DNA of 64,000 nucleotides from Oculina patagonica (Eukaryota): NCBI RefSeq assembly GCF_052425735.1, contig NC_135759.1, positions 9,238,001 to 9,302,000 of the forward strand, read 5' to 3'. Shown piece by piece: positions 1 to 12,922 of this stretch (position 1 is its first letter; each line of letters starts with the position of its first letter). The notes under the pieces were generated by a model. It saw only the letters and a program-made list of their open reading frames with translations, ran no database searches and was not told where the DNA came from. The position numbers and the translations under genes were made by a program.

Positions 1-39
1 ACTATATTTACCGGTTTGAAACGAATGCCTGCATGTTAA

Positions 40-633
40 CCCTATTCAGACCGGTGGGGAGGGGGGGGGAGGCTTTTGAGGCCCGCGCAGACTTTGAACT
101 TTTATAACTTTTTTAAGATTTAACCAAACGCTGCCAAACTGTCTGAGTTTTCCTAAAATTTATCTGGCAACAATTTGGTAGGGTTGGATGATGTGTCAGG
201 AACTTGACATTACCATGGCAACGGCATTTTGACAGGCATGTTTTTCCAAATTTGTAAGTTTGCGTGTTTCTGTTAATAAAAATCAACTTAAATGGAATTA
301 TTTTTACATTTTTACGGGTTTAAAGTACACTTTTATTTATTTTGAGTACTTTGCAGTGATTTTGGGTGGTTTTCAGGCATTTTGGAAAAATTTTGAAATC
401 CAAGATGGCGGATCCAAGATTGCGGCTGTTTTGATATCATGATGTAATTGTCACGTGATGTGACGTCACCATCCCACGTGACGTATACCAAAAGAAAGAG
501 TTTCGGACATACAATACATCCTATAAGATTCATTGTGATTGCTTAAATATTCTGGAAGTTACATAGGGGGTCTTCCGAAGCCCCCCCCCCCCCCCGGTCT
601 GAGAAGGTCCAAAAAAGCCCGGTCTGAATAGGG
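40..633. mobile_element. piggyBac-like MITE (family 1)
   Basis: TIR CCCTATTCAGACCGG / CCGGTCTGAATAGGG flanked by TTAA (36-39, 634-637). A near-identical inverted copy lies at 19304-19888. Confidence 0.88.
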
Positions 634-827
634 TTAACAAAGGAGTATATATGATCATAAAATGAGACTTGGTATTTAGGGGAAGATCCAAAAACTGGCA
701 GAATCTCGTTCAGAAGTGTAACTAAGCGTATTTTAACTATTGTGCTTACCTTACCTATTTTAACTGATTTTATCCATTGCGCTCACCTATTGAACGCTAC
801 CCTCGAAACATTTCCATAATGTTTTAG

Positions 828-3800
828 GATCACCTATTGCTGAAAGCATACAGCAGACGTTCCTTGACGATCTTCTGACTTCTTACGGACAAATGGAAAC
901 CAGTTTTGCCAAGAATCTCTACCTGTTATACAAAGGATTTGAATTCCGTACGCTGTGGAATGTTATTGAGAGCTTAGCCCAATTTGAACGAACTGCAAGT
1001 GAAGCCGCGCCGGGCACTGGGAGTCTACAGGGAGTGCTCCAGCTGACCAATGCTCTGCAATCAGTCAACAATCTTCAAAATGATGCGCAGCAATGCTTCA
1101 CGCACTTTCCGTTCACCAGTGGTACACACAGGTTTTCTTTTGACAGTGTCCAAGACGCGACGGTAAGTAAAGGTATAATCCATTGCGCTCATTAGCCGTA
1201 TGCAGGACGCGTGTCATATATGAGCTTAGTAAATGGCCAAGCGCAATACTAATCTCTTGTAGCTCAGTTGGTTAGAGCGCCCAACCAATATCTGGGAGGC
1301 CATGGGTTCGATTTCGTCGGGTTCCAGATTTTTTTCTTTGTCCCACGCTCATTACACTGTAAACATTTCATGTTTATCATTTATCACCGAGCTTAAAATT
1401 TACCATCTTCTGTTTTTATCACACACTTAACGCTTTCGACATTGCTGACCTTAGCAGTATGCAGGACCCTTGTCACACATGAACGTAATAAATGCCCCAG
1501 CTTACCACGAATCTCCCGTAGCTCAGTTGCTTTGAGCGCCTAACCGATATCTGGGAAGCCACGGGTTCGATTCCCGTCGGGTTCCAGATTTTTTTCTTTG
1601 TCCCACGCTCATAACATTGTGAACATTTTATCTTTATCATTTATCACCGAGCTTAAAATTTACCATTTTCATTTTTTATCACACACTTAACGCTTTCGAC
1701 ATTGCTGATCCTAGCAGTATGCAGGACGCGTGTCACATATCAACCTAGTAAAATGGCCCATCTCACCACGAGTTTCTCGTAGCTCAGTTGGTTACAGCGC
1801 CCAACCGGTATCTGGGAGGCCATGGGTTTGATTCCCGTCGGGAACTTTGTAACTACTCAGCTCGTTTAGTTTATTTCTATTCTGGATAGTTTTTTTGCCT
1901 GTTCTAGTTAATTTATTTTATGCTATAATTATTTCTATTTATTTTGGCAAAATAAAATGGTTGTTGTTGTTGTTGTTGTTGTTGGGAAATAAGATTTTGT
2001 CTTTGTCCGATCGTCGTGAGATATTAAACACTTAATCTTTATTAAAAAGACCTATGAACCGTTGTAGTTGTAGTCACGCCTTAAACCGATAGAGAAGAGA
2101 AAAAAAAATGGATTTCCTGGACTTGCTCATGCAAGTACACATTTTCTGCCTGATCCTCATTCCTTCCCTATTTTTAGACTTTGTAGCGTTACAAGTTCTC
2201 GTCGATTGCATCTGAAAATTTTAATTGTGGAGTTGACCTGTGCTGTCAGCGTCAACTCGTGAACGTGTTGAGACTAAATCAATAATCAACTTGATCAAGA
2301 ATATAAATACATTTTTTTTTTGAATTTCTAAACATGTGATATGTTGGGGGAACTGAGTCGCAAAGTTTGTAAATCAATCACCTAAAATATCTTCATTTAT
2401 AAGCTTTCTTTTTACGTTGGTAAACCTACAAAAAGTGCGGTCTGTTGCTTAAGAAATGCTATATATGCGATTTGCTCAAGCTTGCTTTTATTCTTCGTTG
2501 TTATTTTAGTTTTTCAACCAGTTACACCAAGGGGACGCGAGTTTCGTTTTGAGATTGTCCCAGTACAGCTGCAGCACGTGTTACAACATTCGTCTTTTAC
2601 AGGTGAGAAACTGTTTAAGGTATCACGGAAGGAAAATTGGCGTTTACGTTCTAAGTGAAATTGTATGCAAAGCATCAATGGTAACTCCAATTAAGTATAT
2701 ATTTTCTGAAAGCCTATTAAATTAAGTTTGTAATGTTGGATTTGGTTTTGATAATATAGACCATAATAAGCAACATCAGCATTTTGTTTGCAATTAAGAT
2801 GTTGTGCAACATTAAGGTTTATTCGAGAACACATTTACGTGAGCGCCTAAACTTTTATGCGGAATTTGAATTACATCTATTAGTCTAAAAAACGGTGTCT
2901 CAGATTTTTTCTTTTCTTTTTTATATTTTTTTAAACTTGAAGAAGCCCTAAAAACGCCATATTAAAGTTTAAAAATTCGTAAAAAATAATGGAGCAACAT
3001 AGTCACTGTATTTATTACGATGATATCCGACCCTGAGATCGGCAATTCTGAAATAGTGACAATGGCGAAAATAACGTTGCACCAACATTGAATTACAGCA
3101 AGCAGTAAAACCTTGTTTTTATTCTGTTGTGCATGCAACGCGAATAAAGAACCATTTGCAAGTTTACTTTGGCCAGAAGGGAACGAAAAAAACCCGGCTG
3201 CGACAAAGAATTTTTTTTATCATGACCACTGAACCAGGCCTTTATAATTGCCCTCAATTCTTGTATTGTAGATGTATATTGAGCTCTATGGAAATGCAAC
3301 TCAAAATCAAACCGACGGCTTTCCGGCTACTGTTTATTTAAAACTGCTGCGTAGGAGTGGTGCCTTCTTTAGAAACGGAACTGGAGGAACGAGGGAATTC
3401 CGTCAGCCTTTGGGACAACCGCGAACACTGGAATTCAACCGTTTCGTAATCACTAACGACACTGAATGCACCCGACAGAAACAGATGGGCAACAGTAAGT
3501 AGCTACACAGTCTTAACCCCCCTCCAGGGTAATTTATGATTTTGTGTGATTATGTGTATCTTGTAGAGAAAGGTCTTTCTACCTAACGCAAACTAATCGC
3601 GCTGTGCATTAATAGAACAAAACCTTTGGGGCTCCATCAAACTCCCCCCTCGCCTCCCGTACCACAGTGGAGGTATGAATTTGTTTAACCAAATGCAAGG
3701 CTGCTCGGACCACTAAAAAAAAAGGCTAAATAAATTTTATTGCCCAATATTTCGGCTAGACAAAACTAACCTTCTTCAGGGGCTAAAACGTCCGGGAGTA

Positions 3801-4738
3801 ATTCGTATCAACGTTCTTTTTCTCCAGATGTACATGTAGGACTCTAAAAAGGTTATTCATCTGTATACAGCACAACCACTATCACTACCACACAAAACAG
3901 TATATATAATGTCATATAAATTAATGAATGAATGATGAATGAATGAAAGTTACTTACTGCATCTAGCTTAATTCTCGCATAAGGCTGTTCAGTTCTCTTT
4001 GAATCAGAGGCTGCGCTCCTTTCAATCCCCTTTAAAAAAGCGATGCAACTCAGTGTATTTTTTTTCCCAATTTGACAGGCGATTCACTTTTCTGCTTGGA
4101 GGAAAATGACATTCGCTTGACGTCGATGTGCTGTCACTACCTCAGCGGAACGGATTGTACTGAATTAAGTGGAAGTCAAGAAGAATGCTCAAGTCCCTTT
4201 GGAACGTACGATATCTCTATGCCAATCGACAATACTATTGCTTGTAACGACACTAACCCGCCAATAACACATGAGAACTGCCAGCAATTTAATGTAAGTA
4301 TTTGAGTTACACGACTTATGTTTAGATACAGCGACTTACTATATTTGTTTAATTATGATCTTTTAATATACTTGGGAGGTTTTAACTCAACTGAACATCA
4401 CTTCTGATCCCGTTTATTACTGGATCTTGCCGGGATCAACAGGTTTTTGGAGCTGATTTTGATAAGCAACTGGAAAAAGGGGAATGGTAGTTGAGAAGCT
4501 ATCTCAGGCACTATGTTCGATAAATGGCTAAAATGAAAAAGATAAAATCTTTTGATGTTGCCTTACCTACCCTAACAGATACAGAGAAAAAACGGATATA
4601 TTAAATTGATCAGGTAAATATTTCATTTATTGACCATTCAGTTGGTTCGATTTTTTGATTGAATTGTCGGTCGTTTGATCGACCGGTGGAAGACAGACTA
4701 ACAGACAGAAAGAGAGACAGACAAACAGACAGGCAGGC

Positions 4739-4779
<41 letters not shown>

Positions 4780-5363
4780 CACTGACGGACTGACTGACTG
4801 ACTGACGGACTGATTGACCGACTGAGCAGACTATACCCGGCTGACTGACTGAGCGACTCAAGCTGATTGATTGATTTGTTATTTTATTGATCGATTGATT
4901 CATTGATTGATTGATCGATCGATCGATTGGCTGGGTTAGCGATTCATTCATCTATTGAAAACAATAATATTCAAACATACTCTAAAAAATGAGAAGGCTT
5001 AAAACTGTTCATAACTTTTTTTTATTTATTTGAATTGCTTTGCTATTTTTTCAATTGATAGGTGTTGTAAGAGTACAGCTGAAAGTAATTGAATAGAATA
5101 TGATAGGTCTGAAGGATTAAATTGACCAGTAACTCGCAGAACTATTTTTTTTTTTTTCATTTGTAACATCACATTTCCTCCTTTTTTCTATGTAGCGGAC
5201 CATCTATACCAATATGAATGTATGGATTCATTTTCTGTTCTGGGCCGGCAACTATCCAACCGGGCCAGACGATACAGAATGTGGCACAAGTTTCTCAACT
5301 CCAAATTCAAAGTCTAAAGTTCCATTGACCAAGCTTCCATTCACCATAGTTTCCGAGGCTTAA
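828..5363 (+). CDS. 3' part (last 5 exons) of an uncharacterised, probably secreted Cys-rich protein; 5' exons lie outside the window
   Basis: Exons 828-1162, 2510-2602, 3272-3494, 4079-4293, 5196-5363. All have AG/GT boundaries and consistent phases (1 in, 0, 0, 1, 0), ending at TAA 5361-5363, with AATAAA at 5415. Joined peptide: ...SPIAESIQQTFLDDLLTSYGQMETSF...QDAT|FFNQLHQGDASFVLRLSQYSCSTCYNIRLLQ|MYIELYG...MGNS|DSLFC...CSSPFGTYDISM...QQFN|RTIYTNMNVWIHFLFW...VSEA*. Contains six N-x-T sequons. Confidence 0.88.
1198..1845 (+). repeat. tandem array (2.5 x ~260 bp) of tRNA-like units in an intron
   Basis: Units start GTATGCAGGAC at 1198, 1457 and 1717. Each has an A box (TAGCTCAGTTG), a B box (GGTT(C/T)GATT(C/T)C) and, in the first two, an oligo-T run. 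Confidence 0.85.
3734..3788 (-). ncRNA. minimal type I hammerhead ribozyme-like motif
   Basis: Minus strand: ttttaGCCC-CTGAAGA-a-GGTTAG-ttttgt-CTAGCC-GAAA-TATT-GGGC-aataaaa. Both core boxes, stem II and stem I are present; stem III is reduced to a short palindrome. Confidence 0.6.
4710..4930. repeat. compound tetranucleotide microsatellite (AGAC/ACTG/ATTG)
   Basis: Directly visible in the sequence. Confidence 0.95.
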
Positions 5364-5859
5364 ACAGCGTGAAGAAGCAAGAAGGAAATACGGAAAAATC
5401 AAGTGATTTAAGAAAATAAAAAGTAACAAAAAGTAGATATGACCAGTTATAGGCAAAGTAAAAATTGTAACCGTTCATCAGTACTTTTTTGCAACCATTA
5501 TATTTTCACCAATTTGCTAGTGAGAGCTTGTATGTGTAAAAAGAGGAAATAGAGGAGAGATAGTGGAAACTGGCTGGGATGATAAGTCAAAGGTATTGCA
5601 TGCAAGTATAGATATAAAAGGTTGTAACATTTTCAACACATGTGATCCATGCGATTGGGTAGGAAAGTAATGACGGAATTATACTGATGGTAAAATTATT
5701 AAGTGACACAAAGATGATAAATGAATAAATCAGCTTAACTAATGCTCAGTTATCATGTTTTTTTTCGTCGTTGGACTGCAGAAGTCTAGGCAAGATCGGC
5801 ACGCCATAGCTATAAACACACCCACTCGACACACTCGCTTCAACGTCAATTCATCTTAA

Positions 5860-6125
5860 ATAATTTTCAATGTTTAGAGTCGAGGCCACCTCAGCCCTGA
5901 CTGCTTTTCACGAGAATTCTTTATTTAAGTCGAATTGGTGTTTGTTGAAAATGATGATTTTTCAGGAGGGGAAAAAACCGGAGAACCTGGAGAAAAAACT
6001 TTGGGGAAAGGCAAAAACCAACAAAAAAGTCAACCCGCATATGGCGCCTGGCCGGAATCGAGCCTGGGACTCATGAGTATATATTATTGGGAGGCGAGCC
6101 CTCTCACCACTTCGCCACCTTACTC
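5860..6125 (-). mobile_element. tRNA-derived SINE remnant; ends approximate
   Basis: Minus strand begins GGTGGCGAAGTGGTGAGAGGGCTCGCCTCCC, has a B-box-like GGCTCGATTCC and a body TTTTTCTCCAGGTTCTCCGGTTTT. Confidence 0.6.
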
Positions 6126-6845
6126 CCTTCTTCCACGTGTTACTGCAGTCTCCGATCTTTACTTTACCGGGACTACTCGAGGGGGGTCGACCTACAATCG
6201 ACAGTGTAAACCAATAAACGTGAAAGGAACTTTAAACCTGTTTGAAAGAAGGGTCTAGCGATCCTTACATATCGTCTTCATACTCTAGCGAAAAAAGAAA
6301 TTGAGCGAATAAAACCTTCCGCCTGCGAAATAAAGGACAGAGAGTTGGTGGCCAACTAGCCCTAGTGTAACGTTAAAACACTACCAGTACAATTTTAGGA
6401 AAAGTCTCCAAGTTTGGCAGTTGTACCTTTAATCATTTTAAGTTACACATTTTTAAAGTTGGAGTGGGCATGAAAAGCATTCCCCTCACAAGGTCTGAAC
6501 AGGGATTTTTTTATTATTGCAAAACACAGGTAAAAAAAAAAAACTTACAGTTCAACTACTTACATTGCTTACGGGACAATTACCTACATCACTTACTGGA
6601 TAATTACTTACAATACAATAACTTACATTACTTACACTACAATAAGTTACATTGTATTAATTGATTAATTAATTAATTAATTAATTAAAAAGACTACTTA
6701 CTACTTACGGTCTGAACAGGGTTAACAGTTAGAGATGAGACTAGTCATGAAACTGAAAGCTACAAAAACGAATGTCCAAATTTCTGATAAAACTGTTAAC
6801 TTACTAAAGATACTTACTAAAGATACTACGTTTAAGTAGATTGAC

Positions 6846-6846
<1 letters not shown>

Positions 6847-6894
<48 letters not shown>
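6847..6894. repeat. (AAT)n microsatellite
   Basis: Directly visible in the sequence. Confidence 0.95.
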
Positions 6895-6895
<1 letters not shown>

Positions 6896-7071
6896 GAATT
6901 TTTAAACAGGATGACCCTTCAGTACATGAGTACTGTTATCAAAGGGGTCCTGTAAAAAGAAAAATATATAACAATATAAAAATAAATACATCATATAAAA
7001 GGATAAAAAGTTAAAAAGTTAAAAATCTATTAAATGTACAGCTGAATATAAAATGAAATAATCAAGATAAA

Positions 7072-8136
7072 TGTTGTTATTTTTCACATGGCTCGTTTTC
7101 CTTTGTTCTTCCAGGCTGATTATATTGAATAAACCCCGCTAATTAGCAACTGTCTGAAAAGCTGGGGGCGGCTTTGATTGTAACAGGGGAGAGCGGGGCT
7201 GATATCTAATATTCCCCCAGGGGATCATTGAAGTGATAATCCCCTAGGGGAATATTACGATAATGTTCCCCTCGTAGCAAAGGCACAAGCCTCGTATTAC
7301 AAACAAAACACAACTTTACTTTAATAACGTTATGATTAATTTTTACCTTGACTGTCGTTACATTTTAAATACTACTGAGCAATTGCTAATTGAAAACACG
7401 AGAAATGCGTTCCGGTACTCATGCCTCGACGTTTGCTCTTTTTCAGAATTCCGTTGCAGTTCAATCCGTTCGGTTGCTAACACACTCCAAACATTCAAAC
7501 ACCAAAAGGTTACCTTTTTTAGTTTCTTCGGGATCCTTTCACTGTTCCTGGTCAGCAGCTCAGTCTTTAATTTGTCATCTTCGACGATGATATATCTAGC
7601 CTCTTCGACGTTTTCTTCCCATTTTTTCCGCCTGGTTAAAGCTAAACAACCCTCTCAGATTCTTTGAGGATAGCAATTCTCCAAGTTAACTGATTGCCGC
7701 AAAAAAACTTCTTTCGCAGACTCTCTCACCCGCCAAATTTGCAGTAAAGTGGTAAAATGTGGTTACAAAGTTGTCGGAACTACAGGCAAAAAACCCATGC
7801 GTACCGGAATCTTTAATCTATTGTTAAGCTTTTTGGCAAGATATTGATTGTTTTGGTCGGCGTATCAAAAACAAAAAAATAACCTGTTTATTATAAAATT
7901 TAACAATGTGGAAACCCCAGTGCGTCTTTTCGGAACCTTTTCCCTGTTGTTAATGTGTGTCGGGAAAAACATTTCAGTACACCTACATCAAAACAGCGAA
8001 GAAAAAAATCTTTCTTATTGTTTGAGCCACTGTTGATACCTCGCCCATGATACCCGGCGATATGTGATTTATTCACCCGGGCTGCGCCCTCGGTGAATAA
8101 ATCACATATCCCCTCGTTAACTAAAAATAACCCTTA
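7072..8136. mobile_element. non-autonomous Crypton-like element; ends approximate
   Basis: Terminal palindrome GATATGTGATTTATTCACC..GGTGAATAAATCACATATC (8059-8111). Minus-strand peptide remnant EEARYIIVEDDKLKTELLTRNSERIPKKLKKVTFWCLNVW at ~7480-7615. Confidence 0.55.
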
Positions 8137-8850
8137 CATATATTTTTAGCCTTTTTTATTACGTCGCCGGCATGTATCCATACCTCACGTTTCAACTGCG
8201 GCTACGTAATCTACAATATTCGCAATATTCACTTATGAAATATATATTTTCTATTAAATTTCTTAGTGCTCATTGGTAGCCATCGTCACTAAAGTTCAGA
8301 CTCATATATGACGTCATGCACCAAAATCTTTGACTTTCGAAAAAAGAACTTGTCGGTGGTTTCACAGGGAAGTCCCCTTATATGCGAAGGTTGTCCGATA
8401 TTAAATTTTACATGTTATAAGTAGTGAATACTTGTCTTAAGTTAAGTTATTATTCTTTACTTTGATTCATTGTATATTTGCAATCCTAGTTGATCCTTAA
8501 TAGGTATGTATTAAAATACTAGTTACTTAGTACACGACCCCATGCACAATCATGAAGTTCCTTAACATCGATCGTGTTTAAATAATAGATATAATAAAAG
8601 ATCTAGCAACAGAGATTCGGAGGATTACTTAGTAACAATGTTTCAATGGACACTGTTTCAAACTCTGTTATCTTTCATTTACTTTTTGCGACATTGTTCC
8701 TTGGTTAATATTTTTGAGGTTGCGATGTTTTTAATATTTCGAACTGCAACGTACGGTTACTACTAAGACAAAGTGAAATAAAGCGTCAGTGCTCGTTTCC
8801 CATCTGCCCTTAGCTTGATATTCGTAATACCATTCCAGCAAAAAATATAA

Positions 8851-11801
8851 CTATTTCCCGCACTTGGTTTTTATCCAACACCGCAAGCCATAAAAACCAA
8901 ACATTAAACACTGACACAAAGGCACACCAATAAACATAAGGCAGACCTGAGACACAACAGAGAGAACTGGTCTCCCTGTGTAGTCGGTCTGAGGGTAAAT
9001 ATATGGCATGCCAAAGGAATTGGTGCCACCGACCGCCCAGTAAATGACTGTAAATATAACATAGACTGCTCCGTTGAGCATCGGGTACACAACATGAAAC
9101 AAGCGAACAGGGATTGAACATAGCATGGTATCTACGATCATTGCTATGGCGTTAAATCCGTGGTAAACAATAGTAAACCCTCTTATTCCTTTATCTGGAT
9201 CATATAGTAAAATCCAGAACACAATGGTCACCATAAGGCTTCCCGATGCTGACATATTATAAATCACCCACATTGCTTTGTGAAACCAAGCCATTTGAGT
9301 GACCTGGGTACCCTCACGTGTGTCAGCAATGCAAGCAACTGTGCTGACATCACTCATATGTCTTTCTCCTAAGATATAAGTCGGTTCACGTATTTCTGTA
9401 TTGTTATTTGAGTTTCCACCGCGGTCTGTGGTATCGTCCTGCTTTCCTTTCGATTCAACGTTATTCATTCCATTCTCCATCTTGTTGCTGAGATTGTATC
9501 CTCCCGTCTTACTTCGTCTCCTGTAGTGCAGGGCCGTTACCATGGTAGCACAAACGAAGTACAGAGCCAACAGGACAAAGCTCCAGTTACTCAGCCAGAT
9601 ATACCATTTTTCATCATCGAATGTTCTTGCGATCATCCAACCAATGCAAAATGCGGCAATGACAAAACGATACAACAATACAAATGGCAAGCCAAACCAC
9701 TGAAAGGAAAATACAATTAATCAAATGCGTTCCTCAATGGCTCTTATTGTAGTTGAGCCTGCAATAATATACTATTTTGTTGAGAAGGTATGCAAACGAG
9801 GCGAAAGGGTCAACATATCGGTTTAAACAATGCAGAATGACCCTTTCGCTTCATTTAAGTGTCAAACCGCTGAGAACTGCAATAAGAGCTATTGTACGAG
9901 ACAAAATATTGCTTATTTGATATTCTAAAGAGGCTTCTGAGTGCAGATTAAAGGCCTGTTAAAAAGGTTATTCTAGGCTACAAGTTGTAATTTTCAATAA
10001 AAAAACATTATTAGCAAATAATGCTGTTTCTGCTGACTCAGCCAAAGATTAGCTCTCTCGATGTCCTGTATGTGTCCCGAACTTCTCTCCGAAAGGCAAT
10101 GTGAAGACGATGACCGACTATCCACAAAATAAGCAGCTTATCAATTTTTCAACGGCAATGTTCTCTTTGAGTAACAGAGAACTGGCGAACTGTTGTCACG
10201 TACGCTCTTTTTAGAGGGTCTCAATGGGGTTCGGCTAACGGAAGGTTTATTTCCGTTACGGTCAATAGATTAAGTGTGAAAAATTAATTATCCGTAGTTT
10301 TAAAAAAAAGAGTTAAAAATCAGCTTCAACTGGTATGAAACGTATTTATGTCCTTCGGAAAATCGAATTGAAAATATAGAGATACAGAACAACAGTCAAA
10401 GCTGTCAAAACTCTTGTCAACTCTTGCCATGACACATTCGGCAGACACTTCCAACACTTCCTGTTTCCTCGATTAAGAGTATCGGCTTTTCCAGGGACTA
10501 AAAAAATTTCTTACAGTTCACATTTTTTTACAGCCAACAGTTAAAAATTTTAAATTTTTACGCCTATCGGCTAAATGTTTGGCTGTTTTACGGCTTAAGG
10601 GCTAACCCCATTGAGGCCCTCTTTTTGGAACGAAAAAAGGCAATTCCCTAGTACACCATGGCCATTAGCAAAGAGCTATCTTAACTGACGTCATTTCTTT
10701 ATATCTTATATTTGAAGTTTTACCTGATAGGGCGCAAAAATAAGAGAACTCGTGATATACTTTATAGACCTGTAGAAAGGATTTCATTCATTATGGGCCA
10801 CTTTCATGTTATCTCGACACGTATTATACAAATTCAGTGAGTGCTTCACAAACCAAATTTAATTTAATGCCAATTTCAAGCAATTTATAACCAGAGAGGC
10901 ACAGGACCACTCATCCCTCTACCCCCATCCACTGCAGCCCGTCAAGCATAGCGACTTCGTTAGCATTTAGCATTAAACATATTTGACGTCAAACGTTACG
11001 CATGGTGAGTATGTTAACACACTTCGATATTCTTCCCGATATTCTGGCAATGTCTCTTACACGTCGATATTCCTATCGACGTCGATCGGTTTTAACCCTA
11101 CACCACAAGCTATCTTTCAATAATTTTATCAATAACGAAACTAAGGCCTTCGTCTTGTAATTCAGACAAATTCTTCAAATAGTTTCCTCATTAATACTCT
11201 GTGCAATGCAAATTTACGAACATAATTGCCCTTCAATAGCCATTACTATAATGTTTACAACAGAAACATTTTGAAACTGCTCACAGATCGGGTTTCGGAA
11301 ATATCAACCAAGACTTGTTCTGTTTCTGTTGCTGCTGTTGCAAGTTTTTCTTGGGCTCTCACTAAAAGTTGACACTCGGGTTAAAAAATAGTCCGAAAGG
11401 CATTTGCTAATAAAACGAATAACATAATAAGCCTGGGGACAAGGTTATTAACAATATTGCATTAGAAACATTGTTTACTTATATAAAGTTTCCACTATCA
11501 ACCTGTTTATATATCTCAAAACGGACATCTCGCCGTATTCTGTCCATGCAAGAACATGGCTTACATGCTTTGGACGTCTAAAACAAAACCTGACTTAACA
11601 GCTACAGACGTTTCACTATCTGACGTAACTTCCATTCCAGCGAAGCATGATCACTAAAGTAAATATTTTCCATATTTCGTCGAATTCACAGGTATATAAC
11701 AAAATAAAACTTACCGGAGATTGAACGAAATCCGCTGCGTCAGGATAAATCAGACCTAACTGAACTAGACGAAACTCTCTGCGTAGTACACTCAAGAACA
11801 T
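8851..11801 (-). CDS. protein rolling stone-like multi-pass membrane protein, paralog A (311 aa)
   Basis: Exon 1 11715-11801 (MFLSVLRREFRLVQLGLIYPDAADFVQSP, GT donor) joins in phase 0 to exon 2 8851-9699 (after cctttcAG, WFGLP...KTKCGK*). About six hydrophobic helices and the motifs LSNW, HGFN, PVRLFH and YIYP. Confidence 0.88.
10213..10622. mobile_element. MITE in the intron of paralog A (second copy ~25286-25697)
   Basis: TIR AGAGGGTCTCAATGGGGTT / AACCCCATTGAGGCCCTCT in a T-rich site; TSD not resolved. Confidence 0.7.
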
Positions 11802-12922
11802 TTTCCCTCGCAAATTCACAGGCTCCTCTATAATTCAAGTGGCCTCTAATTGTAAATAAAACTTCGTGTTAAACGACAGGGGGTAAACAACTCAAATAAG
11901 CCAATCAAAATCCTTTTCTACTGGTCTAATATTTTCAGGAAAGGTTTCTGTCATAAAAGTGTAATAATAACCTGTTATAAACGAAGCCTTCTTAAGTCGT
12001 ATACAAAGAGAATACCAGCCTGTGGCGTTTAGGGACCTTTAGCTTGCTGCGCTCTTCCGCACTCTCAATAACTAGGACCAATATTATTCATTTTTTTCCT
12101 TGATCAGTGAACTGTGGCTATCTCAAGACTATTAAAGCCATAACAGGTCCTGCCTTAGTCTACAACGAATTTTCTTTCTTAATTCTTGCTACGCCGTAAA
12201 TAAGTTAAAGAATGGTTGACAGCAAACATTATTTGTAAGAGGGCACCCTTTAGCTTCAAGTGCCTATAAGCGAAGCATTGTTTATGATGTTTGCTTCTAG
12301 TAGCATAGGCGCTCGAGTCATACAAATGTCAACTCTGAATATTGTACGGGCATTTTTTTTAACTATGAGCTCAAAGTGTTCTGTGTGACGTAGTTTTTAA
12401 AACTAAAAATTTCCCAAAGAATGTATGGGCTCATTTGCCAAGCGGTAATTTTGTAGTTTTTTAAACGCCGAATGTCCCTAAATACTACTTGCAAATTAAA
12501 GAGATTTAGATTTACAGCCTCTTCAAACGTATGGAGTCAATTGGTATATAACATGGAGCCTTCTCTATGTAAAGCCATATAATGATAAGACAAAATGTAA
12601 AAGATGCGAGCAGCAAAGTACTTTTAGTTTTAAGGGGAGGGGGGGGGGGGGGGGGGTTGGGGCCCAACACCTCCGTTACCACTTGCACTGAGATATTTAC
12701 ACTTTAACAACAACAATTGCAGGTTGTAACATATGTTCTCGTTTTACGTGGGAATTATGTTATCTTAATTTTTTTTTGCCTTTTCATGCCACCACAAAAC
12801 TGTTTAAGAGTAATCAATAGCATAAAGGAATGCCAAAAGATGTAAAAGTTATAACAGGAAAGAAAATTCAAATTTTGGAAACAAACACTTGTCAAATGTT
12901 GTTGCCATGAAAAATTCAATTA

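Noticed and set aside
260-533. Short ORFs repeated at 19306-19603, and other duplicated short ORFs (e.g. 14463/29498, 23054/38263, 23459/38935)
   Set aside because: They lie in MITEs or in the segmental duplication; their repetition reflects DNA copying, not coding constraint.
1260-1845. Functional tRNA genes or a CRISPR-like array
   Set aside because: Stems and anticodon loops are non-canonical, the spacers are repeated rather than unique, the context is a eukaryotic intron, and no cas genes are present.
4610-4951. 113-aa ORF with SVCL repeats
   Set aside because: Translation of a tetranucleotide microsatellite within an intron.
6360-6725. Possible further piggyBac-like MITE ending GGTCTGAACAGGGTTAA
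   Set aside because: Only right-end remnants (twice) are visible, with no matching left TIR, so the boundaries cannot be supported.
8851-8870. CaaX prenylation or KKxx ER-retrieval signal at KTKCGK
   Set aside because: Cys is at -3 rather than -4, and the lysines are not at -3/-4 or -3/-5.
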